Positions 1 to 10,330 of a stretch of DNA of 64,000 nt are shown here, one piece after another. The stretch comes from an uncultured delta proteobacterium. GTDB taxonomy: Bacteria; Desulfobacterota; BSN033; UBA1163. Below the pieces are notes generated by a model that was given only the letters and a program-made list of their open reading frames with translations, was not told where the DNA came from and did no database searches. The position numbers and the translations under genes were made by a program. How positions within the stretch are numbered: position 1 is the stretch's first letter; each line of letters starts with the position of its first letter. The stretch lies in contig CAVPSJ010000004.1 of assembly GCA_963708295.1 (NCBI GenBank), positions 544,001-608,000 on the forward strand, given 5' to 3'.

Positions 1-177
1 TACATTATCGCCATGCTTTTTCTTCTGTTTGATATCGAGGTCGTTTTCCTCTACCCGTGGGCGGTGGTTTTCAAAGAATTTAAGGTCTTTGCCTTTATCT
101 CCATGGCGGTCTTTATTGGAATCTTGCTCATCGCGTATGTCTACATCTGGAAAAAAGGAGCATTGGAATGGGAATAG
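1..177 (+). CDS. nuoA: NADH-quinone oxidoreductase subunit A, 3' part (runs off window)
   Basis: Manual frame 1 translation [22 protein letters not shown]...[11 protein letters not shown]; FDIE and WKKGALEW motifs; overlaps nuoB start. Confidence 0.95.
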   Translation, partial: YIIAMLFLLFDIEVVFLYPWAVVFKEFKVFAFISMAVFIGILLIAYVYIWKKGALEWE

Positions 178-674
178 AAACTTATCTTGAAAAAACCCCT
201 TTGATGCCCGCCTTAGATTGGATCGTCAACTGGGGACGAAAATATTCGATCTGGCCAGTGACCTTTGGTTTAGCCTGCTGCGCCTTGGAAATGATGGTTG
301 CCAGTATGGCGAACTGGGATATTGCTCGATTCGGTTCAGAGGTCTTCCGACCCTCTCCTCGACAATCGGACTTGATGATCGTGGCAGGAACCCTGACCAA
401 AAAGATGGCCCCCATGGTTAAGCGCATCTACGAACAGATGCCAGAGCCCAAGTGGGTCATCGCGTTTGGAGCCTGTGCCTGCTCGGGTGGAATCTTCAAA
501 ACATACAGCGTCGTTCAAGGAGTGGACCAGATTATACCCGTCGATTTCTATGTTCCGGGCTGTCCCCCTAAACCGGAGGCATTGCTGGCAGCGCTGGTGA
601 AACTTCAGAAGAAGATCGAGACCGAGAGCCTGTTGGATCGAAAGAATGTTCGAAGTACCCTTGAAATGAAATAG
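168..674 (+). CDS. nuoB: NADH-quinone oxidoreductase subunit B
   Basis: [27 protein letters not shown] and YVPGCPP N2-cluster motifs. Confidence 0.97.
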   Translation: MGIETYLEKTPLMPALDWIVNWGRKYSIWPVTFGLACCALEMMVASMANWDIARFGSEVFRPSPRQSDLMIVAGTLTKKMAPMVKRIYEQMPEPKWVIAFGACACSGGIFKTYSVVQGVDQIIPVDFYVPGCPPKPEALLAALVKLQKKIETESLLDRKNVRSTLEMK

Positions 675-718
675 ATTTTATATGACGGATTCATCACTCA
701 TGAACTGTGAAAATTATA

Positions 719-765
719 AATTCCCCCTCGCCCCCCCTTTAGTAAAGGAGAGTTGGGGGATTTGG
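719..765. repeat. REP-like palindrome, CCCCCTTT..AAAGG family
   Basis: aattccccctcgccccccctttagtaaaggagagttgggggattt; related copies at 9064, 12321, 40197, 42915. Confidence 0.75.
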
Positions 766-782
766 GAAGGGAAGGAAAGGCA

Positions 783-1271
783 ATGACCGAGATCAATTTC
801 ACCATAAAGAAATTAAAAGAAAGATTTGTTAATTCTAATTTAGAGGTGACGACTTTTCGCGGAGAAGTCACCGTGACGGTATCGAAAAAAGAGATTTTTG
901 AAATCTGTAAATTTCTCCATTCGGACCCAGATCTCCAGTACCGCCTCCTCACCGATCTCTGTGGCCTCGACTTCTTCCCAGAAACCCCCCGTTTTGGAGC
1001 CGTCTACCATCTTTGTTCACTGAAGGGCAATCAACGGCTGAGGGTAAAGACGAGGGTCGGAGAGATGGAATCGATTCCAAGCGTGGAATCGATCTGGAAG
1101 GTAGCAAACTGGTATGAACGGGAGGCCTATGACCTCTTCGGGATTCGTTTCGAAAATCATCCTGACCTGAGAAGAATTCTACTCTGGGAGGGTTATGAAG
1201 GCCACCCTTTAAGGAAAGACTACCCCGCGGAAGGGCCGGATTTCGATAAACCTTTTGTCCCCGAGGTTTGA
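783..1271 (+). CDS. nuoC: NADH-quinone oxidoreductase subunit C
   Basis: [26 protein letters not shown] and GHPLRKDYP motifs; ATG at 783 after AAGG RBS. Confidence 0.96.
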   Translation: MTEINFTIKKLKERFVNSNLEVTTFRGEVTVTVSKKEIFEICKFLHSDPDLQYRLLTDLCGLDFFPETPRFGAVYHLCSLKGNQRLRVKTRVGEMESIPSVESIWKVANWYEREAYDLFGIRFENHPDLRRILLWEGYEGHPLRKDYPAEGPDFDKPFVPEV

Positions 1272-1379
1272 CCCTTCGGCGTCCTGCAAGCCTCGCCTTC
1301 TCGGGCGGCCCGGTAAAGCTAGCGCTCAGGGTCAACCCTGAGCAAATTACGGCCTTCAGGCCATTATGTCGAATGGGGT
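1272..1379. repeat. Palindromic intergenic repeat, CCCTTCG..CTCAGGGT/ACCCTGAG..GTCGAA family
   Basis: Central gctcagggt-ca-accctgagc hairpin with flanking cccttcg and cgaatggg; related sequence at 37419-37480. Confidence 0.65.
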
Positions 1380-1383
1380 TGAC

Positions 1384-2556
1384 ATGGCAGAGACACGGTT
1401 AATGACCATCAATATGGGACCTCAACACCCGGCAACCCACGGAGTGTTGAGGGTTGTGTTGGAATTGGATGGAGAGGTGATCGTCAAGGCAACCCCCGAT
1501 ATCGGGCATCTTCACCGGGGGGTAGAGAAACTGGCTGAAACCAAAACCTACCATCAATCGATTCCTTTGACCGATCGTTTGGATTACACCAATGCGATGG
1601 GCAATAACTTAGCGTATGTTCTGGCGGTCGAGAAACTCCTGGGCCTTGAGGTGCCTAAACGGGCTCAATATCTAAGGGTCCTGATGGCCGAACTCCAGAG
1701 GATTGCTGCCCACCTGATCTGGTTGGGGACGCATGTGCTGGACATGGGAGCGATCACTCCCATCTTTTATACCTTCCGGGAAAGGGAGGCTATTCTCAGG
1801 ATCTTTGAGGAAGTGGCCGGAGGAAGGCTCACTCCGACCTATCTGAGAATCGGCGGGGTTTCCAAAGACCTTCCGGAAGGGATCGAAGAGAAGATCAAGG
1901 CATTCGTCCAGACCTTTCCCGACCATGTGAAGGAATATGAAACCCTGCTGACAAAGAACGTGATCTGGATGAAACGGACCAAGGACGTTGGAGTCATTTC
2001 CCAGGAAGATGCGTTGAGCTGGGGAGTCACGGGCCCAACCTTACGGGGGAGCGGAGAAAAATACGATGTGAGAAAAGCTTTTCCTTATTCGAGTTATGAA
2101 GAATTCAATTTCGATATTCCCATCGGTTCTGTTGGGGATGTCTACGATCGGTACATCGTGCGTTTGCGAGAGATGGAATGGTCGAATGCTATTGTGGAAC
2201 AGGCGTTGGAACGGCTGCCAAAGGGGCCCATCATCACGAACGATCCGCGGATTACCCTTCCGCCGAAGGAAGATGTGGTGACGGATATCGGCGCATTGAT
2301 CCGGCAGTTTAAGATTGTCTCCGAGGGATTCCAGCCGCCCAAAGGCGAAGTCTATGCAAGCGTAGAGGCCTCCAAAGGGGAATTAGGATTCTACATTGTC
2401 AGTGACGGATCGAACCATCCGTTCCGATTCAGGATTCGAACCCCTTCTTTCGCCAACTTGAGCGCCCTCCCGAGGATGGTCGAAGGGAGCCTCATCGCGG
2501 ACGTGATCTCAACCATCGGGAGCATTGACATCGTTCTGGGAGAAATCGATCGGTAA
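1384..2556 (+). CDS. nuoD: NADH-quinone oxidoreductase subunit D
   Basis: NMGPQHPATHGVLR, GHLHRGVEK, DRLDY, C-terminal DIVLGEIDR. Confidence 0.97.
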   Translation: MAETRLMTINMGPQHPATHGVLRVVLELDGEVIVKATPDIGHLHRGVEKLAETKTYHQSIPLTDRLDYTNAMGNNLAYVLAVEKLLGLEVPKRAQYLRVLMAELQRIAAHLIWLGTHVLDMGAITPIFYTFREREAILRIFEEVAGGRLTPTYLRIGGVSKDLPEGIEEKIKAFVQTFPDHVKEYETLLTKNVIWMKRTKDVGVISQEDALSWGVTGPTLRGSGEKYDVRKAFPYSSYEEFNFDIPIGSVGDVYDRYIVRLREMEWSNAIVEQALERLPKGPIITNDPRITLPPKEDVVTDIGALIRQFKIVSEGFQPPKGEVYASVEASKGELGFYIVSDGSNHPFRFRIRTPSFANLSALPRMVEGSLIADVISTIGSIDIVLGEIDR

Positions 2557-2572
2557 TAAATAGATAAACTCC

Positions 2573-2692
2573 AAATTCGAAGCACGAAGCTCGAAACAAG
2601 CACGAATGATTAAAATATAAATATCCAAAAAAAACTTTTGAATTTTGAAATTTGGAATTGTTTCGGATTTTGATATTCGGATTTCGGATTTT
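2573..2692. repeat. Heptamer-periodic inverted repeat (AAATTCG/CGGATTT family), copy 1
   Basis: aaattcgaagcacgaagctcgaaacaa ... ttgtttcggattttgatattcggatttcggattt. Confidence 0.85.
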
Positions 2693-2711
2693 CCTGAAAT
2701 GAGAGGTTCTT

Positions 2712-4664
2712 ATGACGGACATTCTTTTTAGCAGTTGGGGTGGGGTGGTCACAGACAATCGAGGGAAACCCGAGGCAGAAAGGCAACCCGCTGCAGCGCT
2801 CAATCTTCCCCTGGAATTTGACAAAGAGACAAAGATCAAGGCTTTCATCGGGTGGGATGGGATTGTCATCAGGGACACGGAAGTGAATATCGTCGATTTG
2901 ATCCGGGCTTACCTTGAAGCCGTCCAAAACGAATCCTGCGGGAAGTGTACGCCCTGCCGGGTAGGGACTCGAGTCATGGCGACCCTTGTGAATCGGATTG
3001 CCGATGGTCAAGGCCAGGTGGATGACTTAAAGCAATTGAAATACTTGGGGGAGACCATTCAGAAGAGCTCCAAATGCAACCTCGGGCAGACGGGTCCGAA
3101 GCCTGTCCTGGATGCCGTCGATCATTTTGAAGACCAATTCTCCGGCGCGATCCAATTGCAGAAAAAGATTCCTCGCCTTGAGTATAAAATCAAGGTAACC
3201 GCACCCTGCGAAAGCGCCTGTCCTTCTCATCTCCCCATTACCCGTTATATCGAACTGATCAAAGAAGGAAGGTTTGAGGAATCCCTGGCTGCCATCCGGG
3301 GGGCGACCTGTCTGGCCGGAATCCTGGGAAGGGTTTGTGTCCGTCCCTGCGAAGACAACTGCCGCCGGGGAAATGTGGATGAATGCATCTCCATTAAATG
3401 GCTGAAGCGGTTTGTCGCGGATTATGAGCTGGAAAAGAGGAAAGATCCTTTCGTTAAGAAAGAGGAAATGCGTTCAGAAAAAGTGGCCGTCATCGGCGCG
3501 GGTCCTGCCGGGCTTTCCTGCGCTTACTACCTTGCCCTTAAAGGTTACCCCGTGACCATCTTCGAAAGATTAGGCGAGCCGGGTGGAATGGCAGCCCTGG
3601 GGATTCCCGACTATCGTCTCCCGAGAAATATTGTTGGGTATGAAGCGGAGACGGTAAAAGGATTAGGAGTCGAGATTCGGTATAACACTCAGGTGGGAAA
3701 GGATATTACCCTTTCTCAGATGTTTGAGCAAGGCTATAAAGCCATCTTCATCGGTGTGGGAGCTCAGACCAATACGCCCATGGGGGTCGAGGGAGAGGAT
3801 AAGGGGTATAAAGGATTCATTCCGGGCGTTTATTACCTCCTGGAGATCAATCTGGGAAGAGACCCCTACCCTGAAGGCAAGCGGGTTGTGGTGGTCGGGG
3901 GTGGAAACGTAGCCATTGACTGTGTCCGCTCCTCTTTTCGTATCGGCAAGCCGGATGTCAATCTGGTTTATCGAAGGACGAAAAAGGAGATGCCCGCCGA
4001 TCATGTGGAAATCCATGATGCAGAGGAAGAAGGTGTGAAGTTCCATTACCTCTGTAATCCCGTCCGGATCGTCGAGAAGGAGGGAAAAGTTGTTGGCATG
4101 GAGTGTATCCGGATGGAGTTGGGAGAGCCGGATGAGAGCGGAAGGCGAAGACCGGTCCCGATCAAGGGTTCAGAATTTTTCATCGAAGCCGATATTGCCA
4201 TCCCGGCCATCGGTCAGGCCATTGACCTCTCGTTCCTCGAAGAGACAGACGGGGTGAAGACGACGAGGCGATCTACTGTCGCCATCCAGGAGGGAACCTT
4301 CATGACAAGCCGTCCGGGAATCTTTTCCGCGGGGGATTGCGTGACCGGTCCCGACGTGCTTGTGCGCGCCGCGGGTCACGGAAAGAGAGCCGCTGACAAG
4401 ATCGACCTCTTCCTTCGGGGGATAGAAGTGAAGGAATCTGAAGAAGAGCGCCTGGAGGCCCTGGTGGAGAAGATTAAGGTTTATAACAAGAATGAAAAGA
4501 TTGGAATCTCCGGTGGGCAGAAGAGGGCCGTGTTGAACCTGCTTCCTCCGGATTCGAGAAAATGGATCTTCGACGAAGTGGAGGAAGGATTCTCTATTCC
4601 GGTGGCACAGAAGGAAGCGGAGCGCTGTCTCCGATGTGTAAGAATCGGGTTATTTGCAATTTAA
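2712..4664 (+). CDS. sfrB: SfrB-like NADPH oxidoreductase beta subunit: NuoF-type 4Fe-4S domain fused to GltD/NfnB-type FAD module
   Basis: N-terminal FSSWG; ESCGKCTPCRVG..C; APCESACP and GRVCVRPCE..C; IGAGPAG; GGGNVAID with VYRR; terminal EAERCLRC. Confidence 0.8.
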   Translation: MTDILFSSWGGVVTDNRGKPEAERQPAAALNLPLEFDKETKIKAFIGWDGIVIRDTEVNIVDLIRAYLEAVQNESCGKCTPCRVGTRVMATLVNRIADGQGQVDDLKQLKYLGETIQKSSKCNLGQTGPKPVLDAVDHFEDQFSGAIQLQKKIPRLEYKIKVTAPCESACPSHLPITRYIELIKEGRFEESLAAIRGATCLAGILGRVCVRPCEDNCRRGNVDECISIKWLKRFVADYELEKRKDPFVKKEEMRSEKVAVIGAGPAGLSCAYYLALKGYPVTIFERLGEPGGMAALGIPDYRLPRNIVGYEAETVKGLGVEIRYNTQVGKDITLSQMFEQGYKAIFIGVGAQTNTPMGVEGEDKGYKGFIPGVYYLLEINLGRDPYPEGKRVVVVGGGNVAIDCVRSSFRIGKPDVNLVYRRTKKEMPADHVEIHDAEEEGVKFHYLCNPVRIVEKEGKVVGMECIRMELGEPDESGRRRPVPIKGSEFFIEADIAIPAIGQAIDLSFLEETDGVKTTRRSTVAIQEGTFMTSRPGIFSAGDCVTGPDVLVRAAGHGKRAADKIDLFLRGIEVKESEEERLEALVEKIKVYNKNEKIGISGGQKRAVLNLLPPDSRKWIFDEVEEGFSIPVAQKEAERCLRCVRIGLFAI

Positions 4665-4672
4665 GGGGATTC

Positions 4673-4813
4673 AAATTCGAAGCACGAAATCCGAAATTCG
4701 AAACAAGCACGAATGTTCAAAATTCAAATGACTCAAACGAACACACATTGTCTAAAACTTTGAGTTTCGGATTTAGGATTTGTTTCGGATTTCGATATTC
4801 GGATTTCGGATTT
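4673..4813. repeat. Heptamer-periodic inverted repeat, copy 2
   Basis: aaattcgaagcacgaaatccgaaattcgaaacaa ... ttgtttcggatttcgatattcggatttcggattt. Confidence 0.85.
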
Positions 4814-4838
4814 TCGAAGCTGGAGGCTGGTACAAAGC

Positions 4839-7465
4839 ATGCTGAAGCTAACCATTGATGGGAAAGAAGTGACGGGAAGGCGTGATCAAACGATCTATCA
4901 GGTGGCCAAAGAAAATGGGATCTATATTCCTACCCTGTGTTTTCACCCCAGATTGAGTCTGCTCAAGTCCTGCCGTATCTGTTTGGTCGATGTCCAGGGT
5001 GCGGAGATGCCCATGGCCTCTTGTGCAACGCCCGTGGTGGAGGGCATGGTGGTTCAAACCCGCACGGAGCGCGTCGAAAAGATGAGGCTGGAGGCTTTGA
5101 AGTTATTGTTGGTCAACCATCCTTTGGACTGTCCCGTGTGCGATGCCGGAGGAGAATGCCAGCTCCAGAACCGAACCTATGAATTCGGGATTCAAAAAAA
5201 CGAGTATCCTCCGGAGAAAAGAGAGTTTCCCTCCATCCCTTACGGGACTCCGTTGATCCGGCAATGGTTTGATCGTTGCGTGATGTGTCTCCGCTGCATC
5301 CAGGCCTGCGTGGATGTGCCGGGAGCGGATGTTCTCGAGGTGGCGGAGCATGGTTTTCCCTCCCATGTGAAAGCGGTTCGGAAAGAAAACTGCATCTCCT
5401 GCGGAGAATGCCTCCATATGTGTCCGGTGGGCGCTTTGACCGAGAACCTCAGCCCCTCAAAGGACGGACATGGCAACTGGATAGAATCCAGACCACCTGC
5501 ACTTTCTGCGGGTGCGGTTGCCAGCTCGAGCTGAATACCCTCGCCGACAGGAAAGTAGTCAAGGTGACCACGAAAGGGGAGGCAGGAGTCAATCATGGGA
5601 GCCTTTGTGTCAAGGGAAGATTCGGTTTTGATTTCATCCATCATCCGGACAGACTTCAAAAACCGCTTATCAAAAAATCCGGGATTTTTGTGGAGGCCTC
5701 CTGGGAAGAGGCCCTGGGTTTGGTCGCTACAAAACTTCAAGAAATAAAGAATAAGTACGGTGCCCAGAGCATCGGAGGGATTTCTCCCTCCAGGGGAACC
5801 AATGAGGAGAACTACCTCTTCCAGAAATGGATGAGGGCCTGCGTCGGGACAAACAATATCGATAATGGTGCCCGACTGTCCAGCGGGTCCTCTCTTTCCG
5901 GAATGATGGCCTCCACGGGATGGGGGGCGATGACTCATGCGATGGACGATGTAGCCAAGGCCGACCTCATCCTTATCGTCGGTGCAGACGCGTATGATGA
6001 CAACCTGATCTTTAGCAATAAGATGAGAAAAGCCATCCGTGAGAGGAATGCTAAAGTCATCCTGGTCGATCCTCGGAAGACCCAATGGGAAAAATGGGCT
6101 GACTTCTGGCTGAGACCTCTCCCGGGGACGGATATCGCATGGATCAACGGCCTGATTCGTCTCCTGATCGAAAAAGGGGTTTCTTCAAAAGAATTCGTCG
6201 AATCCAAGACGGAAGGTTTTGAAACCCTGCGGTTTTCTTTAGAGAAATTCTCTCCCGAGTTTGTCAAAAATACTTCAGGAATCTCTCCCGCAGAATTGGA
6301 GGGAGTCGCCAACCTTTATCTGTCGGCGAAAAAGAGGGCGATTGTTTTTGGATCCGGGGTGACCCAACATACTTATGGAACGGAGATCGTAAAAGCCCTC
6401 TGCAACCTGGCCCTGCTGACGGGAGAGACAGAAGAGGGAGGCGGGGGCGTCTATCCGATGCTCACCCAGAACAATGCCCAAGGGGCTTTTGATATGGGTT
6501 CTCTTTCCGAATTCCTCCCCGGTTATCAGAGGGTGGAAGACGAAAAGGCGCGCAGGAAGTTCGAGGAGATCTGGGAGAGGGAAATTCCAGAGAAAACAGG
6601 CCTCACCTCCGTGGAGATGTTCGACACGATTCTGGAAGGGAAGATCAAGGCCCTCTATATCTTCGGCGAAGACCCTTTCGTCAACCTTCCCAACTTGGAG
6701 AGACTCAAGAACGGACTCCATCAATTGGAATTCTTAGTGGTTCAGGATCTTTTCATGACCCACATCGGAAGCTACGCCCAGGTGATTTTGCCGGGGGTGA
6801 GCTTTGCCGAGAAGGATGGAACCTTCACCAGCATGGAGAGAAGGGTTCAAAGGGTGCGAAAGGCCATCTCGCCGGTCGGAGATTCCAGGCCGGACTGGAA
6901 GATTCTCTGCGACCTCTCGACGGCGATGGGTTATTCCATGGGATATCAGAGCCCCGCGGAGATTATGGACGAAATTGCTTCTCTGGTACCCATCTATGCC
7001 GGAATGAGTTACTCCAACCTTGAGAAGGGCGGAATACAGTGGCCCCTAGAGGGTGGCCGGAAACGGAGATTCTTCCCTGTGGAATACCGCGGGCCAGCAG
7101 AGCAGCCCGATGACAAATATCCTTTGTGGATCATTCCCAGAGGGTTTCACTACCATTACGGGATCGGGACGACGACCCAAAGGGCCGTGGGCTTAGCCAA
7201 GGTCTATGCGGATTCCTGCGTCGAAGTCCATCCCGGGGATGCCACCCGAGCAGGACTGGGAGATGGGGACAGGGTAAAGGTCATTTCACCCAGAGGTGAG
7301 GTGGAGACGAGCTGCAAGATTTCCGGAGCCGTCCCCAAAGGAGTCGCTTACTTTGCCACGACCTTTTTCCCTGTTTTTGTCAATAACCTGATCGCCTCCG
7401 GCGATGAATCTACGAATCAACAACCTGAATACAAAGTCTTTATCGGAAGGATAGAGAAAAGGTAG
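4839..7465 (+). CDS. sfrA: SfrA/NuoG-like Fe-S subunit with FDH-alpha fold, split by a single-base frameshift at about 5455
   Basis: ORF 4839-5534 gives IPTLC..CRIC..SC, HPLDCPVCD..C, CVMCLRC and CISCGECLHMCP; ORF 5276-7465 continues CTFCGCGC..LCVKGRFG; one extra base at CCCC 5453-5456 joins them into about 875 aa. Confidence 0.8.
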
Positions 7466-7475
7466 AGCAAGCTCT

Positions 7476-7567
7476 TGATTACACAGATTTCAAAAATGAT
7501 TAAGCAGATTTTCTTTGTTTTCTATAGATTATTCATCTGTGTAATCTTTCTATGATCGGTGTAATCA
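7476..7567. repeat. Inverted repeat, GATTACACAGATT family
   Basis: tgattacacagattt..gattaagcagattt ... atctgtgtaatc..atcggtgtaatca. Confidence 0.75.
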
Positions 7568-7611
7568 GAAATTTCTGGATTTGTTCAGAAATTTTATAGA
7601 GGAGAAGCTGG

Positions 7612-8631
7612 ATGGAACTGTTATATCTTCTCATTGAAATCATCATAAAATGCGTGGTGGTTTTTGGCGGCCTGATGCTCGTCGTAGCCTATATGACGCT
7701 GATGGAAAGGAAGGTTTTGGGCCGTATCCAGGTTCGTTTTGGCCCGAATCGCTGCGGCCCCTATGGATTGCTCCAGCCCTTTTCAGATGCGGTCAAAGCC
7801 TTCTTTAAGGAGGATCTGGTTCCCGGAAGGGCGGACAAAGTCGTTTTCGTCCTGGCTCCGACGATCTCGATGATTGCAGCCGTCAGCCTCTTTGCAGTCA
7901 TTCCCTTCGGTGATCAGTTTACCGTTCCTTGGACGAATTGGGTGGTGAAGCTGCGAATCGCCGACATCGACGTGGGGCTTCTCTATGTCTTCGGCATCGT
8001 CTCTTTGGGAGAGTTCGGGATCATCTTAGGGGGCGGGTCTTCGGGGAATAAGTATGGTTTGATAGGTTCCCTTCGAGCAGCGGCTCAGATGATCAGTTAC
8101 GAAACGGCTCTCGGCATCTCGATCGTCGGCGTCCTCATTCTCTCACAGAGTTTGAGCCTCACGGAGATCGTCAAGGTTCAAGGAGGCGGGTTCTGGAATT
8201 GGAATATCTGGTATCAGCCGGTGGCCTTCATGCTTTATCTGATTTGCGGCCTGGCTGAGATCAACCGGGTTCCCTTTGATATGCCCGAAGCGGAGGCCGA
8301 GCTGGCTTGCGGGTTCAACATCGAATACAGCAGCATGAAATTTGCCCTCTTCTTCATGGCCGAGTACGCGCATATGGTGGGGTTGGGCGCTGTCGTCGTG
8401 ACGCTCTTCCTGGGAGGATGGCAGCCGATCCTTCCTCAGCTTGGTTTCATTCCCGGTATCTTCTGGTTCTGCGGGAAGCTCTTTATTATCCTCTTCTTCT
8501 TCATCTGGGAACGAGGAACCATGCCGCGACTCCGATACGATCAGATCATGAAGTTTGGATGGAAGGTTTTGATTCCTCTGGCGCTCATTAATCTTGTCAT
8601 CACAGGGCTGGTCGTTTCACTGAAAGGGTGA
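7612..8631 (+). CDS. nuoH: NADH-quinone oxidoreductase subunit H
   Basis: ERKVLGRIQVRFGPN, GLLQPFSDAVK, AEINRVPFDMPEAE, PRLRYDQ. Confidence 0.97.
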   Translation: MELLYLLIEIIIKCVVVFGGLMLVVAYMTLMERKVLGRIQVRFGPNRCGPYGLLQPFSDAVKAFFKEDLVPGRADKVVFVLAPTISMIAAVSLFAVIPFGDQFTVPWTNWVVKLRIADIDVGLLYVFGIVSLGEFGIILGGGSSGNKYGLIGSLRAAAQMISYETALGISIVGVLILSQSLSLTEIVKVQGGGFWNWNIWYQPVAFMLYLICGLAEINRVPFDMPEAEAELACGFNIEYSSMKFALFFMAEYAHMVGLGAVVVTLFLGGWQPILPQLGFIPGIFWFCGKLFIILFFFIWERGTMPRLRYDQIMKFGWKVLIPLALINLVITGLVVSLKG

Positions 8632-8646
8632 GGAAAGAGGTCGACC

Positions 8647-9060
8647 ATGATCATTCCAATATTAAAGGGTTTAGCATTCACTTTGAACCGGTTCTTCTCT
8701 AAGCCCATCACGGTTCAATATCCTGAGGAAAAAATTCCTCCGGCGAAACGTTGGAGAGGCATTCAATTTTTTGAAAAGGATGAGCGCGGGAAGACCAAGT
8801 GTGTGGCCTGCGGCCTCTGCATGGTCGTCTGTCCTTCTCAATGCATCTCTATCGAGACTGCCGAGGATGAAGAGGGGAGACGCTACCCACTCACCTACGA
8901 ACTGGACGCCACTCGATGTATTTTTTGTGGCTTCTGCGAAGAAGCATGCCCGGTGAATGCCATCTTTATGGGAAAGACCTACGAATGGGTGGAATCGCGA
9001 CGGAAACCCTTACTCATGGATACCGAGAAACTTTTGGAAGAAAAAAAGGTTAATCCGTAG
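8647..9060 (+). CDS. nuoI: NADH-quinone oxidoreductase subunit I
   Basis: TVQYPEEK; CVACGLCMVVCP and CIFCGFCEEACP. Confidence 0.96.
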   Translation: MIIPILKGLAFTLNRFFSKPITVQYPEEKIPPAKRWRGIQFFEKDERGKTKCVACGLCMVVCPSQCISIETAEDEEGRRYPLTYELDATRCIFCGFCEEACPVNAIFMGKTYEWVESRRKPLLMDTEKLLEEKKVNP

Positions 9061-9063
9061 TTC

Positions 9064-9320
9064 AAATCCCTTTCCCCCCCCTTTTGTAAAGGGAAGGTGT
9101 GAAGAAATTGGTTTGGTGCTGTTTCACGTCATTCCGGCCCCGATTTTCATCGGGATAAACTCCAGCCGGGCGACCGAAGGGAGGCGAAGTGAGCGAAGCG
9201 AGCGAGCACATCCAGTCTCTCATGAGGTTACAAATACTCTGGACGCCGGTTTTCACCGGGGAGACGAAAACAGATACAGTGTGATTTTTTCACAGCTTCA
9301 GGGGGATGAAGGGGGATTTT
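9064..9320. mobile_element. Nested repeat: REP palindrome interrupted by a MITE-like element that carries further palindromes
   Basis: TIRs GAAGGTGTGAAGAAA / TTTTTTCACAGCTTC (about 9093-9299) flanked by AGG on both sides within ccccctttt-gtaa-aggggg. Confidence 0.65.
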
Positions 9321-9339
9321 AGAACACAGGAGGCAAGGA

Positions 9340-9867
9340 ATGCCTGAGAATATCGTGACCCTATTTCAATGGTTGATCTTTTTGGGAGCGGCTTTTGGTT
9401 CCATCATCGCCTCCTTGTTGGTGATTACCCGAAAGAACCCTATTCACAGCGCTCTTTTTCTAGTGTTCACCTTCCTCTGCGTGTCGGTGCTTTACGTGCT
9501 CCTTTACCAACAATTTATGTTCATCATCCAGATTTTCGTTTACGCCGGTGCCATCGTGATGTTGATCGTCTTTGTCCTCATGCTTCTGGACCTGGAGGTA
9601 GAGCTTCGATCCGGGCTAAAACTTTTCTATTCGAAGGCGATCGGGGGCGTGCTGGCTGTTCTTTTTCTCTTCGGGATCATCTATTCTGTCGTGGCGAAGT
9701 CCCCGACGGGAGCGGTGGGGTCCTATGCACCGGATAAATTGAGCGGCAATGTGAAGGCGGTCGGCGAGATGCTTTTTACTCAATATCTTTTCCCCTTTGA
9801 AATCGTCTCTGTCCTTCTCGCGGCAGCCATCGTCGGAGCGGTCATTTTGAGTAAGAAAAGAACATAG
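9340..9867 (+). CDS. nuoJ: NADH-quinone oxidoreductase subunit J
   Basis: NPIHSAL, QIFVYAGAIVML, YLFPFEIVSVLL. Confidence 0.96.
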   Translation: MPENIVTLFQWLIFLGAAFGSIIASLLVITRKNPIHSALFLVFTFLCVSVLYVLLYQQFMFIIQIFVYAGAIVMLIVFVLMLLDLEVELRSGLKLFYSKAIGGVLAVLFLFGIIYSVVAKSPTGAVGSYAPDKLSGNVKAVGEMLFTQYLFPFEIVSVLLAAAIVGAVILSKKRT

Positions 9868-9877
9868 GTAAAGATTC

Positions 9878-9933
9878 ATGACCAATGGTCAGTGATCCAT
9901 TTTCAATGACCATTGACCAATGACAGACAAATG
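9878..9933. repeat. Heptamer-periodic repeat (ATGACCA-type)
   Basis: atgacca atggtca gtgatcc ... atgacca ttgacca atgacag. Confidence 0.55.
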
Positions 9934-9952
9934 ATAATTGAGTGAGGTCACT

Positions 9953-10267
9953 ATGACAATCCCGAACGTTCCCCCTGAATGTTATCTGGTCTTGAGCGGA
10001 ATACTCTTCACGATCGGAGTGATCGGAGCCTTGACCCGGCGAAATGCGATCGTGGTCTTTATGTGCATCGAGTTGATGCTCAATGCCGTGAACATTTCTT
10101 TCGTTGCCCTATCCCGTTTTCTCCAATCCCTGGATGGGGTCCTCTTTGCCTTCTTTGTCATAGCGGTCGCAGCGGCGGAGGCAGCCGTTGGGCTGGCAAT
10201 CTTTGTGATGATCTATCGCTCGAGAGAAACGATCAATGTGGATGAATTCAATATATTGAAGTGGTGA
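9953..10267 (+). CDS. nuoK: NADH-quinone oxidoreductase subunit K
   Basis: [27 protein letters not shown]. Confidence 0.96.
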   Translation: MTIPNVPPECYLVLSGILFTIGVIGALTRRNAIVVFMCIELMLNAVNISFVALSRFLQSLDGVLFAFFVIAVAAAEAAVGLAIFVMIYRSRETINVDEFNILKW

Positions 10268-10316
10268 CCCTCTCCCCATCCTCCCCCTTTGAGGGGGAGG
10301 GAAAGGGTGGGGGGAT
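10268..10316. repeat. REP-like palindrome, CCTCCCCC..GGGGGAGGG family
   Basis: ccctctccccatcctccccctttgagggggagggaaagggtgggggg; related copy at 15694-15742, degenerate copy near 30397. Confidence 0.75.
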
Positions 10317-10330
10317 GAGAGGAGTCTTTC

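Noticed and set aside
2573-4813. CRISPR array suggested by recurring repeats
   Set aside because: Repeats are inverted, heptamer-periodic and dispersed between genes, with no repeat-spacer units or cas genes
5450-5470. Programmed -1 ribosomal frameshift
   Set aside because: No canonical slippery heptamer; an indel at a C run is simpler
5276-7465. Formate dehydrogenase alpha subunit as a separate gene
   Set aside because: Lacks the Cys/Sec-His active site, and its N-terminus is out-of-frame sequence; it is the 3' part of the gene starting at 4839
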